A DNA stretch of 63,825 bases, counting the filler, from Octopus bimaculoides (Eukaryota): NCBI RefSeq assembly GCF_001194135.2. It is 9 parts of 8 records of this genome, joined end to end, with 100 filler letters (N's around TTAATTAATTAA, not from the genome) between each part and the next. Parts side by side here need not be neighbours in the genome. Positions count along the whole stretch, not along the records: positions 43,972 to 53,205 come from NC_068983.1; positions 53,306 to 58,683 come from NC_068984.1; positions 58,784 to 61,125 come from NC_068985.1; positions 61,226 to 62,411 come from NW_026394184.1; 5 more parts are not named here. One strand, written 5' to 3'. The notes beneath the pieces were generated by a model, which saw nothing but the letters and a program-made list of their open reading frames with translations, had not been told where the DNA came from and searched no databases. Below, piece after piece: positions 49,408 to 61,261 of the stretch (position 1 is its first letter; each line of letters opens with the position of its first letter). The position numbers and the translations under genes are program-made.

Positions 49408-50885
49408 CAGAGTGTAATGGGTCCGGTGGCACTGGCAATGATCATGCTCGAATGGTGCCTTTTACATGCCACCGGCACGGGAGCCAGTCGGAGGCCCTGG
49501 TAATGATCATGCTCAAATGGTGCTTTTAACGTTCCACTGGCATGGGTGTCAAACAGGTGGCACTGTCATCGGCCATGACAACGATTTCACTTGCCTCAAC
49601 AGGTCTTTACAAGCATAGTTTATTGTCCAATGATTAAAGGGTACTCTTAAATGGGCTTGTTATATGGCACTGACATAGGCCACGGTTATGATCTCACTTG
49701 GCTTGCCGGGTCTTCTCAAGCACAGCTTATCTCCAAAGGTTTTGGTCACTTCTCATTGCCTTGGTGAGGCTCAATGTTCAAAGATCATACTTCACCACCT
49801 CATCCCAGGTGTTCCTAGGTCTAACTCTTCCACAGGTTCCCTCAACTGTTAGGGTGTGACACTTTTTCACACAGCTGTCTTCATTCATTCACAATACATG
49901 ACCATACCAGAGCAGTCATCTCTCTTGCACACCACATCTGATGCTTCTTAAGTCCAACTTTTCTCTCAGGGTGCTTACGCTGTCATGTATGCACACTGAC
50001 ATTACATATCCAGCGTAGCATATTAGCTTCATTCTTTGCAAGCTTAGACATGCCCTCAACAGTCATGGCCCATGTTTCACTGCCATGTAGCATGGCTGTT
50101 CGCACACATGTGTCATACAGTCTACCTTTTACTCTGAGCGAGAGGCCCTTCGTCACCAGCAGTGGTAGGAGCTCTCTGAACTTTGCCCAGGCTATTCTTA
50201 TTCTAGCAGCTAAACTTTCAGAGCATGCACCCCCACTACTGACTTGGATCCCTAGGTAATGGAAGCTATCAACTACTCATAGTTTTTCCCCCAGAAATGT
50301 GACAGAAGCTGTTCTCTGCACATTTTCAGTGTTTATTGCTCCTGAGCATTTACCACACACAAAAACTATCTTCCCAGTTATCCTTCCTTTGATATTGCTG
50401 TACCTCTTATGTGTCCATAGCTTACACTGGGTACATCTTATAGAGTTTCTACCTATGCCTTTTCTACAGATTGAGCAGGGTCATCTACCTGAAGGGATTG
50501 CCTTCTTGCTTATTAAGACTTTGGCATTTGCTAGGTTGACTCTAATCCTTCGATTCTAATCCTTGCTTCCACACCTGAAACTTTTCCTCTAGTTCTGATA
50601 GTGACTCAGTAATTAGAGCAAAGTCATCAGCATAGAGGAGCTCACAGGGGCATCCTGTCTTGAATTCCTACAAAGGTAAAGCATCACCTTTACCTTTGTA
50701 GCAGTTGACTATGGTGCTGCTACACCAATCATTGGGTACGGCTCCTTCATGTATCACCTGGTTAACTATATGGGTGACTAGGCTATAGCCGACACTGTCA
50801 GATATTTTGACCATCTCTGCAGTGATTCCTGATGGGCCGGGGCATCCTGTCTTGAATTTCTCTGTTATTTCCTGGAGGACTATGA

Positions 50886-50888
<3 letters not shown>
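49408..50888 (-). mobile_element. RTE LINE, 5'-truncated, disrupted and internally rearranged
   Basis: ELLYADD at 50623-50640, a PHD-like insert, VVDSFHYLG, YDTCVRTAMLHGSETWA, LWYGHVL, RPRNTWDEVV, and a 3' UTR like 39000-39420. Confidence 0.9.
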
Positions 50889-50932
<44 letters not shown>

Positions 50933-51689
50933 TTACATACATGTATGTGTGCGCATGCGTGTGTGTTGCATATGTATGTATATATGTCTTTATATGGACT
51001 TCAGCTCTTCTGTTTAGATTTCACTTGCAAAATATTGGTCAGTCCAATACGATGGTAAAAAATAGTTGTTCAAATTGTCATGTCGTTGCATTGAACCTAA
51101 ACTACTGTATATATGCTTATACCACCACCACCACCACCATTTTATGTCCATTTTCCGCTCTGGTGTGAATTATATGAAATGGCTTTGCAGCAGATGTCAT
51201 AATTTATGATATCGACGTGTATGACACCCCATGTAATCTTTGATAATGACTAAACTCTACATGATATAAACTTAAATGACGACTGTGAGATATCATGGAA
51301 AACACTTAATGACACCTATTGAAAAATTGTAATGCAAATTAGTAAGATAACTATCAGTGAGACGTGAGCTATCTTTTCTATGTTGAACATTTGTAGTAAC
51401 TCTCTCTTAGCTTAAATAAATATAATAGTATACACACCACACACGTGTGTACTCATATACACACATTCTCTTTCTTTGTCCTCTAATCTCCTATTTTCTT
51501 TATAGACTTCTCTTTTTGCGAGATAATAACTATGTGATAGATAACAACTATGTGATTTGTGACTTGTATAAAGTAAACTTGGATAAAAGGAACTTTAGTT
51601 GTGGTATTGTGGTTGATCAGAAGCCTTCATGCTCTTGACTTTCTACAAACGTTGAGCTGTGTCTCTTATTTCTAATACCATAAACTACA

Positions 51690-52025
51690 TATATATATAC
51701 GGCACTCCATCGGTTATGATGACAAGGGTTCCAGTTGATCTGATCAATGTAACAGCCTGCTTGTGAAATTAATGTGCAAATGACTGAGCACTCTACAAAT
51801 ACATGTACCCTTAATGTAGTTCTCAGGGAGATTCAGCAAGACACAGAGTGTGACAAAGCAAGCCCTTTTAAATACAGGTACAACTCATTTTTACCATCTG
51901 AGTGAACTAGAGCAACATGAAATAAAGTGACTTGCTCAAGGGTACAATGCATCGCTGGGAATTGAACTCACAATCTTATGATCATAAACCAAGTACCTTA
52001 ACCACTAAGCAATGCTTCTTCACAG
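51690..52025 (-). mobile_element. tRNA-derived SINE (head + core 1 + tail E)
   Basis: Core as in 62-387. Tail as in 58560-58683 and 42878-42937. Confidence 0.8.
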
Positions 52026-52084
52026 CCATAAACTAAACTGCATTTTATTCAAGTCCACAGGATTCACTTCCTGGTATCAAATGT

Positions 52085-52505
52085 CTTGATTCATTCTAAA
52101 TACTTTTCATTTTTAATTGTTTGTCATTGGACTGTGGCCATGCTGGAACAACAAGTTGAAGGGTTTAGCTAAATGAATCAATTTTAGTGCTTATTTTTTG
52201 GAATCTGGTACTTATCCTATAGATCTCCTTTACTGAAGTGCTGGGTGAAGGAGACGTAAACAAACAAACTCTGGTTGATAAGTGGTGAGGAGGCAAAGAC
52301 AAACACAAAAATGCTCAAATACTCACTTACACACACACACACACACACGACCTGCTTCTCACAGTTTCCATCTGCTAAATTCACTTATAAAGAACTGGTA
52401 GGCCAACGACTATAATAGAAAAATACTTGCCTAAGGTATCACACAGTGGGACTTAACCTGAGACCAAGTGGTTGTGAAGTGAACTTCTTTAACCACATAG
52501 CCATG
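52085..52505 (-). mobile_element. SINE family A, diverged full-length copy
   Basis: Colinear with 10283-10690, with an internal (CA)n in place of (TA)n. Confidence 0.75.
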
Positions 52506-53007
52506 CTTTTTTAATCTTTTCTTCTATCTTTCCAAGAACTACCTTATCCTAGAACTTTTTTTCCTTCATTTCTCCCCTCAGTGACTAATCTTCAACAACT
52601 TAAAGTGAACATTACTGCCAACCTCTTTTCCATAGCTGGATAATCTGGAATGGGCTGTGGGCACTGCGCATCCTCCTCAGATTAACAAGGGAATTGAGGA
52701 TTGCCTTTAGTAAACTACTTAATTGTATATGAATGATTTGAGTAATTCCTTATGACAGAAAGTGTGTAATTGGTTTTAACTTTTCAGTATATTGAATATT
52801 TCAGTTAAATTGGAATATTTCCAATGATATGCAAAAATTTTTACATAGTATAGATAGCAAAAAGTGAGGAATTTTTCAATATTTCAAGGGTATGTCATAG
52901 TGGAATGAATTTTAAATTTTATGTAATGCCTTGTGAGCTGAAATTTGTACAAAGAAATGGTAGAAAAGGCCATCATATATATACATACACACATGCACAC
53001 ATATATA

Positions 53008-53205
53008 TCATCATCATCATCATCGTTTAACGTCCGCTTTCCATGCTAGCATGGGTTGGACGATTTGACTGAGGACTGGTGAAACCGGATGGCAACACCA
53101 GGCTCCAGTCTGATTTGGCAGAGTTTCTACAGCTGGATGCCTTTCCTAACGCCAACCACTCAGAGAGTGTAGTGGGTGCTTTTACGTGTCACCCGCACGA
53201 AAACG
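53008..53205 (-). mobile_element. RTE LINE 3' tail
   Basis: Reverse complement of 12250-12444. Confidence 0.9.
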
Positions 53206-53305
53206 NNNNNNNNNNNNNNNNNNNNNNNNNNNNNNNNNNNNNNNNNNNNTTAATTAATTAANNNNNNNNNNNNNNNNNNNNNNNNNNNNNNNNNNNNNNN
53301 NNNNN

Positions 53306-53339
<34 letters not shown>

Positions 53340-53344
<5 letters not shown>

Positions 53345-53582
53345 GTGTGTGTGTGTGTATGTATATGTTTGTGTGTCTGTGTTTGTTCCCACCATCATCA
53401 CCTGACAACCGATGTTGGTGTGTTTACATCCCCTTAACTTAGCGGTTCAGTAAAAGAGACTGATAGAATAAGTACTAGGCTCACAAAGAATAAGCCCTGG
53501 GGTCGAATCATTCGACTACAGGCGGTGCTCCAGCATGGCCACAGTCAAAATGACTGATACAAGTAAAAGAATAAAAGAATAG
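53340..53582 (+). mobile_element. SINE family A, 3' half
   Basis: Matches 38035-38274. Confidence 0.85.
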
Positions 53583-53599
53583 ATTGATTTTGTGCATGG

Positions 53600-54200
53600 A
53601 TAGCTTAACTGTAGTAGTATGTCAGCCAGAAATAGGAATGTTTTCTGACTACAATGGAGAAAATACAAGAGACGTCCAAGGGTTATTCTATTCTATTGAT
53701 GCAAAATCTTAAACACAACAAAATCTGCAAATTATATGCATATAACATGATATCCCTAAAAGAACTCTTTTGGCAGCAACAAAGCAACCAATTACAAGGA
53801 AGTTAGTGAAAAGAATATTCTGTTCTTTTCATTCACTGGGATGCTAAAAGAGTATCAAGATACATTTGTTTGTTCAGCCACTTGAATCAATTCTCTCAGA
53901 ATGTGGAAGATGTCACTGATGAACAGGGAGAAATATTCCACCAAGTTATGAAGGTAATAGTGGAGAGATATCGAAAGAGATGAGATGTGAATACAATGGT
54001 CGATTACTGTTGGAGTATAAAAGAGGGATGCCCAAAGCTAAAACATTCCAGGATGCCTAAGAAACAGAGCTTTCTTCCTTCATACTGATATTTTACATTT
54101 TCAGGGGTTATCATGTTTTGAATACAAATGGCTGATTTTATTTTGTTTAAAATCTTGTATCAATAGAATAGAGTGACCCTAGGCCACCTTTTGTATTTTC
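53600..54200 (+). mobile_element. DNA transposon remnant, probably CMC/Chapaev3-like
   Basis: Frameshifted NYKELVK...SIKIH...SHLNQFSQNVEDVTDEQGEIFHQ...MVDYCWSIK, matching a eukaryotic transposase motif (HLDxFPxNxGxxSDExGERFHQD...ADYCW). The superfamily label is from memory. Confidence 0.6.
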
Positions 54201-54669
54201 TCCATCATAGGCAAAAAACATCACCACTTTTAGCCAAAATCTTACTATAATTAAACTATCTGTGCACAAAATCAGCTACATTCATAATTTTAGTTTATTT
54301 TATGCAAGGGGGTAGAGTGACAATGAAGTATTTTTCACACTTTGGCTCTCTGCTCCAAAGTCAGATCAAACTAAATTTAATAGTGAAAAACCAAGGTAGT
54401 GTGTATACAAACATTTTGATGTAATTGGTAAAAACAAATAACATATCTGGATTTGGTACAAAAAAGTGCTTCATAAACACTTGTCTATACAACAGAAAAC
54501 TTTCTGTTCCAAAATTCTGTAGACTTGTGTAATTATCATCATCATCATCACTGTTTTAACACTCACTTTTCCATTCTTGCATGGGTTGGACAGAGTTTAT
54601 TGAGCTAGATTTTTCACAGCCAATAAAGAAAGAATTATTATCATCATCATTATTTTTATAATTAATTAC

Positions 54670-54758
54670 CTTTATTATTTCATTCTGCAACTGTACTATT
54701 TTCTGTTTGTAGTTGTTCAACTCATTTGTCTGACTAATCATCTTCAACTTCAATGTAG
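54670..54758 (-). CDS. Host gene exon encoding a predicted coiled-coil segment
   Basis: Long polypyrimidine acceptor TTTCTTTCTTTTTTTCTCTTTTTCACTTTAAAG, donor AAG|GTAATT, 89 nt, phase 1 to 0. Reads TLKLKMISQTNELNNYKQKIVQLQNEIIK. Confidence 0.65.
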
Positions 54759-54789
54759 CTTTAAAGTGAAAAAGAGAAAAAAAAGAAAG

Positions 54790-55270
54790 AAACAACAGTT
54801 TATTCTTGCTATTCATTACTTCTATGTACATGGAAGTGAGACATGGTGTCTGAGGGAAAGCGAAATGGCAATTTTGAGAAGGACCAAGAGAGCAATGATA
54901 AGAGCAATGTGTGGTACGAAACTATTGGATAAAACGAGGGCTGAGGACTTGATGGGGATGCTGGGGTTGAAGGAATTGGTGGAACAGCTGGCGAGGGTGA
55001 ATGTAGTGTGATGGTATGGTTATGTGTTGAAGAGGGATGAGGATTGTGTTCTGAGGAGAGTGCTTGAGTTTAAAGTGAATGAACCTCGAAGGCGAGGTCA
55101 ACCAAAGAAAACGTGGAGGGGACAGGTGAAAGAGGAGATTGGGAGGGTTGGCCTGAGGAGGGAGGATGCCCAAAACCAGGTGAGATGACGAGATGGTGTG
55201 AGAGTGGTTGTTGTAAGAGTGAGGCAGATCCAGCTACCCCCGTTAACGGGGACAAAACCGGATTTAACAT
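54790..55270 (+). mobile_element. RTE LINE 3' fragment, second family
   Basis: YVHGSETWCLRESEMAILRRTKRAMIRAMCG...WYGYVLKRDEDCVLRRVLEF...RRGQPKKTW. Confidence 0.85.
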
Positions 55271-55419
55271 ATTGCAATTCATTCATATATACAGGAAAGC
55301 ATTTAATGGCCACATTTAAATACATTGAATATATGTACATTTCCTGTAAATATACAGGTTGCATTTTACACCCACCTGCACATTCTCTTACCTCTCTTAT
55401 TGGTTTCACATGCTATATA

Positions 55420-55657
55420 TTTATTCTTTTCAGTCATTTGATTGCGGCCATGCTGGAGTACCGTCTTTAGTCAAACGAATCGATCCCAGGACTTATTCTT
55501 TGTAAGCCTAGTATTTATTCTATCAGTTGCTTTTGCCAAACCACTATGTTATGGGGACATAGACACACCAATATTAGTTGTCAAGCAATGCTGGGGTGAC
55601 AAACACAGGCACACAAACATATATATATNNNNNNNNNNNNNNNNNNNNNNNNNNNNN

Positions 55658-55689
<32 letters not shown>

Positions 55690-55833
55690 TATACGACGGT
55701 CTTCTTCCAGTTTCCATCTCCCAAATCCACTCACAAGGCTTTGGTCAGCCTGAGGCTATAGTAGAGGTGCCACATAGTGGAACTGAACCCAGAACCATAT
55801 GGTTGAGAAGCATGCTTCTTACCACACAGCCAC
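55420..55833 (-). mobile_element. SINE family A, full length
   Basis: Colinear with 10283-10690. Confidence 0.85.
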
Positions 55834-56219
55834 ACATCATAAAGTGAGGTTGTCTGTTTTCAGTCTTTAATGAAAATATACCTAGTCATGAGGGAATATT
55901 ACCATGCATGAAAACAGGAGAGGGTTGGTGACAGGAAAGCACCCAGCTGTAGATTTCCTGCTTCAATAAATTTCATGTGACTCATGCCAGCATGGAAAAG
56001 TGGACATTAAATGATGAAAACAATAATGGCGACAACAGCAATGATGATGATATGTATGTGACACGTATGCATGTGACTGTCTGCTTTTCGTGATACCAAC
56101 AGTATCATTCATTTCCAGCCAAGGGGAAACATTACTATGTTTGGAAACAGCTGAGGGTTGGCAACAGGAAGGGCATCAGATTGTAAAAATCTAAATGGAT
56201 TCTGTTTGACCCATGCTTG

Positions 56220-56445
56220 CATGATGGTGGTGGTGGTGGTGGTGGTGGTGGTGGTTTTGGTGGTGGTGGTGGTGGTGGCGGCGGCGGCGGCGGCAATGAT
56301 GATGATGACGACGNNNNNNNNNNTGGTGGTGGTGGTGGTGGTTTTGGTGGTGGTGGTGGTGGTGGCGGCGGCGGCGGCGGCAATGATGATGATGACGACG
56401 ACAACGATGATGATGATGATGATAATGGTAATGGTGATGATGATA
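56220..56445. repeat. (GGT)n(GGC)n(GAT)n compound microsatellite
   Basis: Direct sequence. It is duplicated across a short N gap. Confidence 0.9.
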
Positions 56446-57749
56446 TACATTCCTACATTACCTGTAAACACTCTTCATGCTTGAATGGGCCCTAATGGCA
56501 AATATATGATAGTATTATTCGTTTATTTTCTTTATTTAGTGTTATGAAGAGTTGGCAAAAGGTAGAGCTTAATCTTGTTTACAAAGGAAGTTCAAGTCTA
56601 TCTTTATTCACGTACAAGTAAAACTGCCATTTAGTTTCTGAGAAAGAGAAAATCCTCTCAAAAGTTTCTTTTCAAGCCGTCTCTATTGTTATATTTCCAT
56701 AAAACCTAAATGACACCAGAAGCTATTGAAATAAACGTCTCTGATTTTTCATAGGTGATTGGATTCCCACTAAAGTGTTTGGCTCCATACAGGGCATGGA
56801 GGACAAATTAGTTTAGTTGTATCTCTGCCCCCACATGAGGCATTTGTTGTTGTTGTTGAGCCTCAAGTCAGCTTAACTGAGCTAACCTATGATAAAAGAC
56901 ATTGCAGCTGTGACCATCTCGTCTTTTTAGTGAATGTCTAGCATTATATTATCAAATGTGTTCTTTTCTTTTCTAAGATTGTAGACAGGCTATGATTTGA
57001 GAGAAGTCTGGCTGGTATTTCCTGCAAGTTGGTACTGTCTTTTATAACTGACAATTTCCGGTATGTAGTGTAAGCAAGATGAAATAAATAATTAGGAAAT
57101 ATATCTATCTCACACATTCATTTTTGCTAAGAGTTTCTCACAGTTCTTTTCCATAGTTCAGACTATGAGAAGCTGGCAGACTTATCTTTAAAGAAGATTA
57201 TAACACATATGACTAAATGCTGGGTTTTTGTAATAATGCTACAAGATTGCAGCATAATATTACAAGGTGCGAATATCCAGCAAAGGGTGCCGATAGAATA
57301 AGTACTAGTTTTAAAAAAATAATAAGTACTGGGGTTAATCTAAAAGACTAAAAACTCTTCAAGGCAGTGCCCCAGCATGGCCGCAGACTAATGACTGAAA
57401 CAAGTAAAAGATAAAAGATAAAATGCTATGAGCTATTGCAAACAGGAGACATTTTTTGCCATTTCCAATCTCTAAATATGTCCAGTTATTTAATTTAAGG
57501 GTTGTCAGATCAAAGTATTTCTAGTTCAACTTAGATTTTTTTTTTTTTTTTGTTTTGTATTTTCATTAAAAGAAAGAACCCTGTATTAAAGTAGGACTAA
57601 GAAATTCAGAGATATCCAGGGACACTTTAAACCATACAACTCTTACAAATCATTATTCATTTTATTGGAAATAAACATCCTATTTACAACTGATTGTAAT
57701 TTGTTATAGACTATAATATTTGTCATGTGTTAATACACTATACTAAATT

Positions 57750-57920
57750 AAGGTGGCAAGCTGACAAAAGCATTTTGTCCTTCTGAGTTCAAATTCTGCC
57801 AAGGTCAACTTTGCCTTATGTCCTTTCATGGTCAATAAAATAAGTGCCAGTCAAGCACTGGGGTCAATGTAATCAACTTAATCCCTCCCCCAAAACTTGA
57901 GCTAAAATTTGAAACCAATA
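57750..57920 (+). mobile_element. SINE family C, diverged
   Basis: Similar to 46910-47130. Confidence 0.7.
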
Positions 57921-58366
57921 TACTATACTAATTTCAGTTTTTGCTTACTCATAGCTAAACTTTTACTGTTTAACTTTTTTTCATACTACTAAGAATTGTT
58001 TTAGCTAGTCATCCATTTCAATATTTTCTGACTCATCGGTATTCTTGAGAATAGAAATATATTGTGTAGAGATGTTTCTAGAAGTTCAGATCTTTGACTT
58101 CGGTTATTTTTTTTGGGGGGGGGAATACTCTTTTGCTAAGCTTTCCAGTTGTTACATAAGACCTAGGCTGAAAAAAGAAGGCCATAATAATGAGCAATCA
58201 GAATGGGAGATTTTCTAAGCAGAATGGGAGATTTTTAGGGTATCAACATCACTGTAAGGTCACTCATAATAAATGCTCTTAGTAAACAGCCATTGAGAAC
58301 TCAGCAGATTGTTGGCAGCTTGTGGATACACACATCTACTTTCATGTGTGTGTATATATATATATT

Positions 58367-58683
58367 GTGGAGGCGCAATGGCCTAGTGGTTAGAGCAGTG
58401 GACTCGCGGTCATAAGATCGCGGTTTCGATTCCCAGACCGGGCGTTGTGAGTGTTTATTGAGCGAAAACACCTAAAGCTCCACGAGGCTCCGGCAGGGGA
58501 TGGTGGCAAACCCTGCTGTACTCTTTCACCACAACTTTCTCTCACTCTTACTTCCTGTTTCTGTTGTGCCTGTAATCCAAAGGGTAAGCCTTGTCTCACT
58601 GTGTTACGCTGAACATCCCCGAGAACTACGTTAAGGGTACACGTGTCTGTGGAGTGCTCAGCCACTTGCATATTAATTTCACG
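58367..58683 (+). mobile_element. tRNA-derived SINE (head + core 2 + tail E)
   Basis: GGAGGCGCAATGGCCTAGTGGTTAG...GGTTTCGATTCCC. Core as in 41577 and tail as in 51690-51870. Confidence 0.9.
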
Positions 58684-58783
58684 NNNNNNNNNNNNNNNNN
58701 NNNNNNNNNNNNNNNNNNNNNNNNNNNTTAATTAATTAANNNNNNNNNNNNNNNNNNNNNNNNNNNNNNNNNNNNNNNNNNNN

Positions 58784-58849
58784 GGAATCGAAACCACAAT
58801 CTCACGATCATGATGCTGACACCCTAACCACTAAGTCACACGCCTCCAC
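58784..58849 (-). mobile_element. SINE head (tRNA-like), cut by gap
   Basis: GGAGGCGTGTGACTTAGTGGTTAG...GGTTTCGATTCC. Confidence 0.8.
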
Positions 58850-59294
58850 TGGTGTCATCAAGTACTTGCAGAAAAAGGGTTTATCCCTCAAAGACACTCT
58901 TACTGATATGGTTGTTATTTGCTGTATTAAAGGATGACGCGCCAGATTTGTCAATAGCGCAAAAGTTGGCAGCTGAATTCAGGAGGGGAAGGGAGAGTCT
59001 TGAAGATGACCCAGGGTCTGGACGCCCTGCAACTGCTACCACCGAGAAAACATTGATCGTGTTCACCACATGGTGATGGATGACAGGCGACTGACTATAA
59101 ATCAAATAGCCAATCCTATTAGCATATCCTATGAGAGAGTTGAGAATATTCTGCGCAATGGACTTGGTATAGCGAAGGTTTTCTACTCGGTGGGTACTAC
59201 ATTTTCTGACACCTGATCAAAAGCGCAGCAGGCTGATCACATTACAAGAAAATCTGATATTGCCTGAGGAAGATCCAGCAGGTTTCCTTGAACG

Positions 59295-60067
59295 TATAGA
59301 CGGTCAAGGTGATGTGTAGTGTGACTCATATCAGAAGGCTGAAATAATACATGTAATGTACCAGTTAGAAAGAGAGAGACACAACAGCGTAGAATGCTTA
59401 TGAAAGATTTATTGATATATCTACATGTATCTCCGTCGGTTGTATGTTTGCTGTTAACCATGGTGAAGTAGTTCACGAACAGCGCTATGTTAGAACTTGT
59501 GCAGTGTTGCTGGTGTTGTGTACGTAGAGATGTTATTGACGACGTTGATGAGAGACATGACGGCGGTGACGAAGATGAAGGTCGCCATGATGCTGTTGGA
59601 CGGGTGCTGTCTGGCGTCATCACTAGAACTGGTTGTGTCGTGTGGTCAGTGGCTAGACCTTAGAAGGTCTGGAACCAACTTCAGACGAGAAATTGAGTTT
59701 TTATAGATAACAGAAGGCTCAAATTGGAGTTGAGAACAGACTGTCTCACGTGTTCTTATTTAGGGACTCCGATTGGTTGGGTTGCATATTGGTGCGATAG
59801 AGTAAGAGACAAATTGCACCAATACCAACCAATCAGAGTGATGAGCACAACGGAGTCCAAATAGCGGCCAAAGGCTAGCTGTTATGTGCTACGTTCGTAT
59901 ATACAGGGTGTCCACAAGGTCTAAGTACATGGAGTAGATAAAATCATAACATAAACAATTAAATATAAGAAATAATAATTTCTTAAAGTATGTGTTAATC
60001 CCCATGTACCCAGACTTTGGGGACACCCTGTATAATAAAGAGGAATTTCACTCGAGTGTACGCTACA
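59295..60067 (-). mobile_element. Solo LTR (LTR retrotransposon)
   Basis: AACG 4-bp TSD (59291-59294 and 60068-60071). Termini TGTAG...CTA[T]A. CCAAT motifs, TATAAAA and AATAAA in order on the minus strand. Removing it restores the mariner frame. Confidence 0.75.
59904..60030. mobile_element. Tc1/mariner-type MITE, 127 bp
   Basis: 31-bp imperfect TIRs CAGGGTGTCC...GTACATGG with a TA TSD. Confidence 0.85.
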
Positions 60068-60786
60068 AACGTTTTCTTAACCAGGATAAGTGTTCGGTTC
60101 ATCACTTTGAAGGGCCACACCATTAATGCTGGGATAGTAACGAAAGGTTATCAAGATCAGACGCCCAGGAAAACTGACGAAAAGGATCTTGTTTCATCAG
60201 GTCAGCACTCCAGCACACAAGTCCATGGTTTCAATGGCTACTGAGCGTAACTGCCGCTTTGAACTAGTTGATTACCCTCGATATTCTTTTGATTTGGCCC
60301 CATCTGGCATCTGTTACCCAACATGAAAAAACATTTGGATGGAGACCAGTGTCGCAGTGATGTTGACGTCATATCTGCTGTTGACGACTTTGTTGATCAA
60401 CAGGACGAAAGCTTCTTTACCAATGGGATCCAAACACTGCGACATCGATGGAAGAAGTGTATGCACTGCAAAGTGAGACAATGTTGAAAAATAAACTTCA
60501 TTTGGTCATATCATATGAGAGTATCTTGGTCAGCGACACTCGTGTATGATGGAAGGAAGTGAGAACTTCAAAACAATTCGAAATCAGGAAAAGTTGAAGA
60601 GGGATGCTAGAAAGGATGTTGACGTGGTATTTCCAGGAAATATACAGTACACACACACNNNNNNNNNNGGGTGGAACTTTTCCAGCCGGCACGTGACATG
60701 CAGTCTTTGGTGCAGGTGTTACATACATGATTGCCTTCAACAATCAGGAGCCTTTCATGATTGGGCTAAATTGGAAGAAAATGATA

Positions 60787-60999
60787 CGAGAGTGGGCTGA
60801 AAGGTTTACAGGCTGACTATGAAGGATGATACTAGAGCTGTGAAATCTTGCATGCATTAATTTCAACACTTCTTATTGATAACTGCATTTTTCTTTCAAG
60901 GTAAACTGACATCTGACTGTTCAAAGAAGACTTCAAATAAAACTAGTAGCGACTTCTCTTTAAAAGAGACAAAATTAGGCATCGTGGTGTTATCAAGTA
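60787..60999 (+). mobile_element. Mariner left end (TIR, 5' UTR, first codons)
   Basis: TA-CGAGAGTGGGCTGAAAGG TIR, then DKIRHRGVIK, the sequence that precedes GVIKYLQ at 58851. Confidence 0.8.
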
Positions 61000-61105
61000 A
61001 ATAAATGCGCCCTTTTAAAACCTAGCCAGGCTCATGGGCCCGGTTTCCCGGTTTCAATGGCGTATGTGTTCCCCAGCTGGACGGGACGCCAGTCCATCGC
61101 AGCGT
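61000..61105 (-). mobile_element. SINE 3' tail (same tail as 41770-41885)
   Basis: Reverse complement match GAGTAACGCTGCGATGGACTGGCGTCCCG...AAAAGGGCGCAT. Confidence 0.85.
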
Positions 61106-61225
61106 TACTCATTTTTGCCAGCTGANNNNNNNNNNNNNNNNNNNNNNNNNNNNNNNNNNNNNNNNNNNNTTAATTAATTAANNNNNNNNNNNNNNNNNNN
61201 NNNNNNNNNNNNNNNNNNNNNNNNN

Positions 61226-61261
<36 letters not shown>

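Larger units (their letters stand above)
58850..60544 (+). mobile_element. Mariner transposon body and right end, interrupted by a solo LTR
   Basis: GVIKYLQKKGLS, ESLEDDPGSGRP, DDRRLTINQIA, GFLER|FLNQDKC, STPAH, YSFDLAP, HRWKKCMHCK..NVEK*, and a degenerate right TIR near 60520-60544. Confidence 0.9.

Noticed and set aside
56109-56495. Poly-Gly/Pro/Thr/Val ORFs, and similar poly-N, poly-I, YI and CV ORFs elsewhere
   Set aside because: These are translations of microsatellites. The block here is also duplicated across a short gap, probably an assembly artefact.
58367-58440. tRNA gene-like sequences (also at 310-387, 41577, 39838, 21220)
   Set aside because: A and B boxes are present but there is no complete acceptor stem, and each continues into a repeated SINE body.
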